Positions 6,044 through 10,857 of a stretch of 10,857 nt of DNA are shown here, piece by piece. Every line of letters starts with the position of its first letter. Position 1 is the first letter of the stretch. The notes under the pieces are model-generated. The model did not search any database, was not told the DNA's origin, and worked only from the letters and a program-made list of their open reading frames with translations. Both the position numbers and the translations under genes were made by a program. Source of the DNA: an uncultured bacterium (GTDB lineage: Bacteria > Lernaellota > Lernaellaia > Lernaellales > Lernaellaceae); NCBI GenBank assembly GCA_964534375.1, contig CAZHPN010000110.1, positions 1-10,857 of the forward strand, given 5' to 3'.

Positions 6044-6907
6044 GTGACCGAAAAGCCCGACGAACCCACGGCCGAAGAGTTCACCGAAAAACTCGCGCGT
6101 TCCGCGGCCCAGATTTACGATCCGGTCCTGCGCCGCTATTTTCTCGTGCTGCGCCTGATCGAGCAGGCCGACGCGCTGGTCGTCGAATTCCTGCACCAGG
6201 TGCAAAACCGCGCGCTCCGGGGCGATCTGGCGGCGCAGTCGGTGGTCGCGTCGGGGCTCGACGCGCAACTGCTCGCCGACGAGTTCGGCCGCGACCGCGT
6301 GGCCCGGCTCTACCACGAGGCCAACCGGAAGAAGTACCAGGAAGTTTGCAATCTCTTTCGCACGTTACGGCCGGCGCGGACGCCCGACGGCGACGAAGAT
6401 TCCTTCTACAAATACGGCTTGGTCAATTTGACGATCGGCGAGCGGACTAGCGCGGCGCGCAGCACCGATCCGGATCTGCTCAACCGCGTCGGCTACGACG
6501 TCGACCCGCGCGTGATTCGGCAGTTGCTGCAAAACCCGCGGCTCACCGAGGCGATGGTCGTGACGATCACCGCGCGGCGGCCCAATCGGCCGAATATCCT
6601 GACCGAGGTGTACCACGCGATGAAATGGCGGGCGCGGCCCGAGGTGCGGCTGGCGCTGGTGCGCAATCCATACACGCCGCCGCAGATCGCCATGGCGCTG
6701 CTGCCGACGCTCAAACGGCAGGAACTGGCCGCCGTGCTCGGCGACGGCAAAGTTCATCGCGAGGTGCGCGCCGCGGCCGCCGCGGCCTTGCAGGCCAAAA
6801 AAGAAGGGTTCGCGACGGAGGAGGCCGAGCCGGCCGAGCCGGCCGCGGACGCCGCGCCGGTTGCGGCGGCCAACGTCATCTATTTGCACCGCAAGAAAAA
6901 CAGCTAG
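6044..6907 (+). CDS. Hypothetical all-alpha protein with LRV/HEAT-like helical repeats
   Basis: GTG start with GAGG at 6031-6034 and host-like codon usage. Repeats DVDPRVIRQLLQNPRLTE and RPEVRLALVRNPYTPPQIAMALL. Stop overlaps the convergent hydrolase stop (ctag, 6904-6907). Confidence 0.8.
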   Translation: MTEKPDEPTAEEFTEKLARSAAQIYDPVLRRYFLVLRLIEQADALVVEFLHQVQNRALRGDLAAQSVVASGLDAQLLADEFGRDRVARLYHEANRKKYQEVCNLFRTLRPARTPDGDEDSFYKYGLVNLTIGERTSAARSTDPDLLNRVGYDVDPRVIRQLLQNPRLTEAMVVTITARRPNRPNILTEVYHAMKWRARPEVRLALVRNPYTPPQIAMALLPTLKRQELAAVLGDGKVHREVRAAAAAALQAKKEGFATEEAEPAEPAADAAPVAAANVIYLHRKKNS

Positions 6908-8031
6908 TCGTTCTCGTTCACCCACTCCAAAATCGTCGGGAACACATCATCCGGCGCGGTCCGGCCGATGACGATGTCGCCGTGGCCGTAGTCGGCCCGG
7001 TCGCCGTTGGCCTTCGAAAACAGGCGGTACTTTTTCTTGGCGCTGCCGACGAAGTCGATCACCTTTTCGTTGGCCGCCGGCCGGCAAAAGTAATCGTCCG
7101 GCCCGCCGAGGCAATAAATCGGCGTGGTGATTTTCGGCAGGCCCTTTTGCCAGCTTTCCGGCCGATGCGAGCCGAACTCGCGGTCGCCGATCCATTTCGC
7201 GAACTGAAAGAGCAGATCGCGCGGGATGTTGGCGATCAAATTCACCGCCGCGCGGGCGACCGTGGCGCCGTCCACGTTGTCCGGGTTGACTTCCTGCCGG
7301 CCCGCCAGCCGCGGCCACAGCCGCACGAACACCGATTGCACGGCCGCGCCCACGGTCGTGTGCAGCACGACGAACGGGTTCAGCAGCCGGCGGAATTTCA
7401 GGACCGGCGCGAACTGCTGCATGTGCTCGAAGAAGCACGGGCCGCTGACCGCCGTCAGGCTTTTCATCTGCGCGCCCAGCTCGCCTTCGGCGATCGCGTA
7501 GCCGAGCATCGCGCCCATCGAATGGCCGATGACATGCACGTGCGGCGCGCCGGCGAGTTCGCGGACCTTGGCGAACGCCGCCGGCAGGTCGAGGTCCGCA
7601 TATTTATCAAACGTAATATTCCACTTGTCGGGATAGCCCCAGCGGCGGTAGGCGCTCGGCCCGCCGCCGCGCAGCGCCGGCAGGTAGCAGTCGTAGCCGG
7701 CCCGGGCCAGAAACAACGCGACCGAGCAACGGTCGTCGAGGTCGAAGTTGCGCTGGTTGGCGCCCAAACCGTGCACCAGCAGCACCGGGCAGTTCCGCCG
7801 CTCGGCGCCGCGCGGCCGGTAGCGCCAGATCGCCAAATCCCAGCCGTCGGCGGCGTGGGTGTAGTGAATTTCGTCCGGCCGCCGTTCGTCGGCGAACAGC
7901 CGCCGGCCCAGCGCGTACAGCGCCGCCAGCGCGGCGACGGCCCAGAACAGCGCGGCGCCGCCCCAGATCGCGAGCGAAGCGACCAGCAACAGCAGGACGG
8001 CCGCCACCCACGCCAATGCGCCCTGCGTCAT
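6904..8031 (-). CDS. Membrane-anchored alpha/beta-fold hydrolase (lipase/esterase-like)
   Basis: N-terminal hydrophobic helices, oxyanion motif LVHGLGAN, nucleophile elbow GHSMG, candidate catalytic Asp (GGPDDYF) and His (DYGHGD). GGGGA upstream at 8045-8041. Confidence 0.9.
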   Translation of the reverse strand: MTQGALAWVAAVLLLLVASLAIWGGAALFWAVAALAALYALGRRLFADERRPDEIHYTHAADGWDLAIWRYRPRGAERRNCPVLLVHGLGANQRNFDLDDRCSVALFLARAGYDCYLPALRGGGPSAYRRWGYPDKWNITFDKYADLDLPAAFAKVRELAGAPHVHVIGHSMGAMLGYAIAEGELGAQMKSLTAVSGPCFFEHMQQFAPVLKFRRLLNPFVVLHTTVGAAVQSVFVRLWPRLAGRQEVNPDNVDGATVARAAVNLIANIPRDLLFQFAKWIGDREFGSHRPESWQKGLPKITTPIYCLGGPDDYFCRPAANEKVIDFVGSAKKKYRLFSKANGDRADYGHGDIVIGRTAPDDVFPTILEWVNEND

Positions 8032-8059
8032 TTTCGGTCATCCCCTGCGGGTGCGCCGC

Positions 8060-8995
8060 TTATTTGACGAACGTCAGCCAACCGCGCTTGTCCGGCGACT
8101 TGAGGTTGATCACGTTGAAGAACGCCTCTTGCAAGCGCTTGGCGACCGGCCCGCATTTGCCCGTGCCGACCGGAATCTTGTCGATGTGCGCGATCGGCGT
8201 GATTTCGGCGGCCGTGCCCGTGAAGAAAACCTCGTCGGCGATGTAGAGCATTTCGCGCGGAATCGGCCCTTCCACCACTTCGATGCCCAGGTCGCGCGCC
8301 AGGCAGCAGACCGAGTCGCGGGTGATGCCCGGCAGCACCGAGTTGCCGAGCGGCGCCGTGAGCAACGCCTCGTTGCGGACGACAAAAATGTTCTCGCCGC
8401 TGCCTTCCGAGACGTAGCCGTGGACGTCGAGGGCGATGCCTTCGGAGTAGCCGTTGAGCACCGCCTCCATCTTGATGAGCTGGCTGTTGGCGTAGTTGGC
8501 GGCGCACTTGGCCAGCGCCGGCATCGTGTTGGGCGCCATGCGGTGCCAACTGGAGACCTGCACGTCGACGCCGCATTCGAGCGCGCCTTCGCCCAAATAG
8601 CTGCCCCACTGCCAGCAGCAGATGTGCAGATCGACCGAATTATCGAGCGGGTTGACGCCGAACGGGCCGAGGCCGCGGTAGACGATCGGCCGGATGTAGC
8701 ATTCGTCGAAGTGGTTGATCTTGATCGTGTCGCAAATCGCCGCGGCGCACTCGGTTTTGGAGATCGCGGGGGTCATGCGGTACATCTTGGCCGAGTTGTA
8801 GAGGCGGTCGAGGTGTTCGTTCAGGCGATAGATCGCCGGCCCTTTGGGCGTCTTGTAGCAGCGAATCCCCTCGAAGACGCTCGACCCGTAGTGCAGCGCG
8901 TGCGTCATGACGTGGATCGTCGCATCTTTCCAATCGACGAACTTGCCGTTGGCGTAAACTTTGGTGTCGCCGGGAATGTCGAAGAACGTCGTCAT
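8060..8995 (-). CDS. ilvE: Branched-chain amino acid aminotransferase (class IV PLP enzyme)
   Basis: Motifs HALHYGSSVFEGIRCY, YIRP, AKCAANYANSQL (PLP lysine), EGSGENIF, LPGITR, ADEVFFTGTAAEITPI. GGAGG RBS at 9006-9002. Confidence 0.97.
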   Translation of the reverse strand: MTTFFDIPGDTKVYANGKFVDWKDATIHVMTHALHYGSSVFEGIRCYKTPKGPAIYRLNEHLDRLYNSAKMYRMTPAISKTECAAAICDTIKINHFDECYIRPIVYRGLGPFGVNPLDNSVDLHICCWQWGSYLGEGALECGVDVQVSSWHRMAPNTMPALAKCAANYANSQLIKMEAVLNGYSEGIALDVHGYVSEGSGENIFVVRNEALLTAPLGNSVLPGITRDSVCCLARDLGIEVVEGPIPREMLYIADEVFFTGTAAEITPIAHIDKIPVGTGKCGPVAKRLQEAFFNVINLKSPDKRGWLTFVK

Positions 8996-9010
8996 GAACT
9001 GCCTCCGCGG

Positions 9011-9367
9011 TTACGGTTTTCGTTTGGCGTCATACGGCGTCGGGGCGCGCGCCGCGCCTTCGCCGCAGGCCGTCACATCCGGTTTCACGTCGCCGTGTTC
9101 GCAGCCGGGCACGCAGTCGCTGACGCACGAGGCCGCGGTTTCGTACCGGCAGTCTTTTTTCGGGGCGCCGGCGCAGGCGTCCTGGCAATAGACGTTGCAC
9201 GAGGGGTCGGCCGCCGTGGCCGAGACGCGAGCGGCGTCGATTGACGGCGCGACAGCGGCCTTCGGCGCGACCGGCGCCGGCGGCGTCGCGGGCCTGGCCG
9301 GCGTGCAGGCGCCGACGCAAACCAGCACCGCCAGCAGCCCGAGCAGCGCGCCTTTTCGCATCGTCAT
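9011..9367 (-). CDS. Small Cys-rich putative lipoprotein
   Basis: MTMRKGALLGLLAVLVCVGA-C lipoprotein-type signal, Pro/Ala tether, 8-Cys domain. Start could be 9379, 9367 or 9361; GGGGA at 9377-9373 favours 9367. Stop is 15 nt upstream of the ilvE start. Confidence 0.75.
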   Translation of the reverse strand: MTMRKGALLGLLAVLVCVGACTPARPATPPAPVAPKAAVAPSIDAARVSATAADPSCNVYCQDACAGAPKKDCRYETAASCVSDCVPGCEHGDVKPDVTACGEGAARAPTPYDAKRKP

Positions 9368-9396
9368 AATAATCCCCATCCGGTCATCGCGCCGAA

Positions 9397-9428
9397 AGTA
9401 TTTACGCTCGCTTCCGCGGGTTTGTCAA
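9397..9428 (-). promoter_or_regulatory. Possible promoter for the lipoprotein-ilvE-hydrolase unit
   Basis: Perfect TTGACA on minus strand (9428-9423) followed after 17-18 nt by AT-rich GTAAATACT; -10 register ambiguous. Confidence 0.4.
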
Positions 9429-9461
9429 ACCAAATGCGCCGCGACTCGCGAAATGCGGCGC
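9427..9461 (-). terminator. Possible intrinsic terminator after the membrane protein gene
   Basis: Stem gcgccgc (9436-9442) / gcggcgc (9455-9461), followed on the minus strand by ATTTGGTTT. Large loop and imperfect U tract. Confidence 0.35.
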
Positions 9462-9496
9462 GCCCCCACGGTCGCGAACTTATTCCGTAATTTCAA

Positions 9497-10857
9497 TCAG
9501 TTGGACAACTCGCCGGCGCGCGATTTTTCTTCCGTCATGACGAATTCTTCCGGGTTCGCGCGGAGCGGGCGGAGCGTCACCCCGCGCCGCGCCAGCGCCT
9601 CGCGAATCCGCGGCACATCGAGGAACGGCGGCTCGACCAGCAGCCGGTTGTAATAGGAAATCAGCCGATGCGCCTGGCCTTCGAAAAACCCGGCGGCGAT
9701 CGCCGCTGGCGCCTCCGGCGCGGGCGCGATGCCCCAGAAGCTGCTCCAGAAACGGAGGTATTGTTCCAGCCGCACGTCCGGCGCGAGCCCCGCAAACCCC
9801 ATGTGCCGGCCGACCCCGTGCAGGAACGCGGCCGCAAACTCCGCCGGCGAGAGTTGGTCGAGCGCGGCGGCGACGGGCGCCAGTTCGCCGCGCTGCCGCT
9901 CGAGGTCGACCGGCGCGCTCCGCCAGTCGCCGCCCTCGCGAAGCAAGCGATAGAAGTCGTCGCTGTGAAAATAGCGCTTGTCGTCCTGGTTGTAGCGCAT
10001 CAACCCGTAGCCAAGTCCTTCGGCGTACACGGCCGCGTCGGCCCTCGTCAGTTCGCGAACCTGGGCCAGGTATTTTTCCTTCGCCGCGAGGAAGCGATCA
10101 AGCGGGTCGGCGTCGTGGCGCACGGCCATGCGCGCGATCCGCGCGCCCATGCCGGCGACGGCCGGCCCGCGGCAGAACCGCAGCGCCGCCGGGTCGTGGG
10201 TCGCCAGCGTCGCGGCCTTGTCGGGCGGCAGCCATTCGCCGAGGGTGCGGCAGGCGGATTCGCGCCAGCGGCCGGGCAGCGCGGCGACCGAGGCGAGCGA
10301 GAGCGGCAGATCGTCGTCCCACACGATGGTCGAGGCGAGATTGACGCGAATCAGGTACTCGTAATCGTCGCCGCGCATGCGGGTCAATTGCCGCCAACAG
10401 TTGACGTAATAATCCGCGTGACCGATCGGCACGTACTGCGCGGCGTTGGCCAGACCGGCGACGACGAACGGCGCGACAACGACGTATTTCCAGAACCCCG
10501 GCGTGCGGCGCAACGCGTCGGCGGCGAAGACGAGAAATGCGGCGAACACCGGCACGAAATAGCGCGCGCTGACGATCGAATACGAGCGATCCAGCACGTG
10601 CGTGGTCAGGCTGGCGGCCGCGAAATAAACGGCCAGATACGCCAACAGGATCCGGCCCAGCCAATCGATCGGCGCGTTGCGGTCGCGCCGCCGTTTCACC
10701 GCCCGCGACGCGGCGAGCCCGGCGCCGACGGCCGCGGCGGCCATCAGCAAATAGGATAAAATACGGAAGCCGCCCTCGTAGCCCGGCAAATTCGGCAGAA
10801 ATTCGCCGAGCATCTCGCGCCAGCGTTCGGCCAGGTGCGGATGCCAGAACGTTTCCT
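9497..10857 (-). CDS. Polytopic membrane protein, 5'-partial; possibly GT-C (ArnT/PMT-like) glycosyltransferase with a soluble C-terminal helical domain
   Basis: Frame stays open to the window edge (ETFWHPHLAERWREM...). About four hydrophobic helices including SARYFVPVFAAFLVFAA, an RYxxP motif common in late helices of GT-C-like proteins, then ~300 aa soluble domain. Product call is tentative. Confidence 0.65.
   Translation of the reverse strand, partial: ETFWHPHLAERWREMLGEFLPNLPGYEGGFRILSYLLMAAAAVGAGLAASRAVKRRRDRNAPIDWLGRILLAYLAVYFAAASLTTHVLDRSYSIVSARYFVPVFAAFLVFAADALRRTPGFWKYVVVAPFVVAGLANAAQYVPIGHADYYVNCWRQLTRMRGDDYEYLIRVNLASTIVWDDDLPLSLASVAALPGRWRESACRTLGEWLPPDKAATLATHDPAALRFCRGPAVAGMGARIARMAVRHDADPLDRFLAAKEKYLAQVRELTRADAAVYAEGLGYGLMRYNQDDKRYFHSDDFYRLLREGGDWRSAPVDLERQRGELAPVAAALDQLSPAEFAAAFLHGVGRHMGFAGLAPDVRLEQYLRFWSSFWGIAPAPEAPAAIAAGFFEGQAHRLISYYNRLLVEPPFLDVPRIREALARRGVTLRPLRANPEEFVMTEEKSRAGELSN

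Noticed and set aside
2813..6316. 1167-aa antisense ORF
   Set aside because: Shadow of the real plus-strand gene in high-GC DNA; Arg/Gly-rich with no recognisable motifs.
6904..8031. PHA synthase PhaC
   Set aside because: Nucleophile is Ser (GHSMG), not Cys, and no pha genes are adjacent.
9011..9367. Cys-rich peptide as RiPP precursor or cytochrome c
   Set aside because: Has a lipoprotein signal, no radical SAM or other maturase nearby, and no CxxCH motif.
6625..10759. Long plus-strand ORFs 6625..8067, 8051..9244, 9195..9653, 9668..10759
   Set aside because: Antisense shadows of the hydrolase, ilvE, lipoprotein and membrane protein genes.

Overview
GC-rich bacterial chromosomal window. Gene content (REC-DUF4388-J-TPR protein, LRV/HEAT-like repeat protein, WG-repeat protein, Cys-rich lipoprotein) resembles Myxococcota or other deltaproteobacteria; that assignment is inference. 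Order: (+) truncated WG-repeat beta-propeller fragment behind a possible IS end; (+) DHH/DHHA1 phosphoesterase; inverted 9-bp tandem-repeat arrays; (-) membrane-anchored TPR protein; divergent sigma70-type promoters; (+) ~1014-aa multidomain signalling protein; 7-bp tandem repeats and a promoter; (+) LRV/HEAT-like protein; then on (-) a partial polytopic GT-C-like membrane protein, a Cys-rich lipoprotein, ilvE and an alpha/beta hydrolase. No rRNA, tRNA, CRISPR array or transposase is visible. The most notable feature is the large protein, in which three functional signatures are each degenerate: receiver (DD->NN, K->S), MshEN-like motif (RLG->SLG/RQG) and J-domain (HPD->HED). I cannot show a complete novel system from sequence alone.
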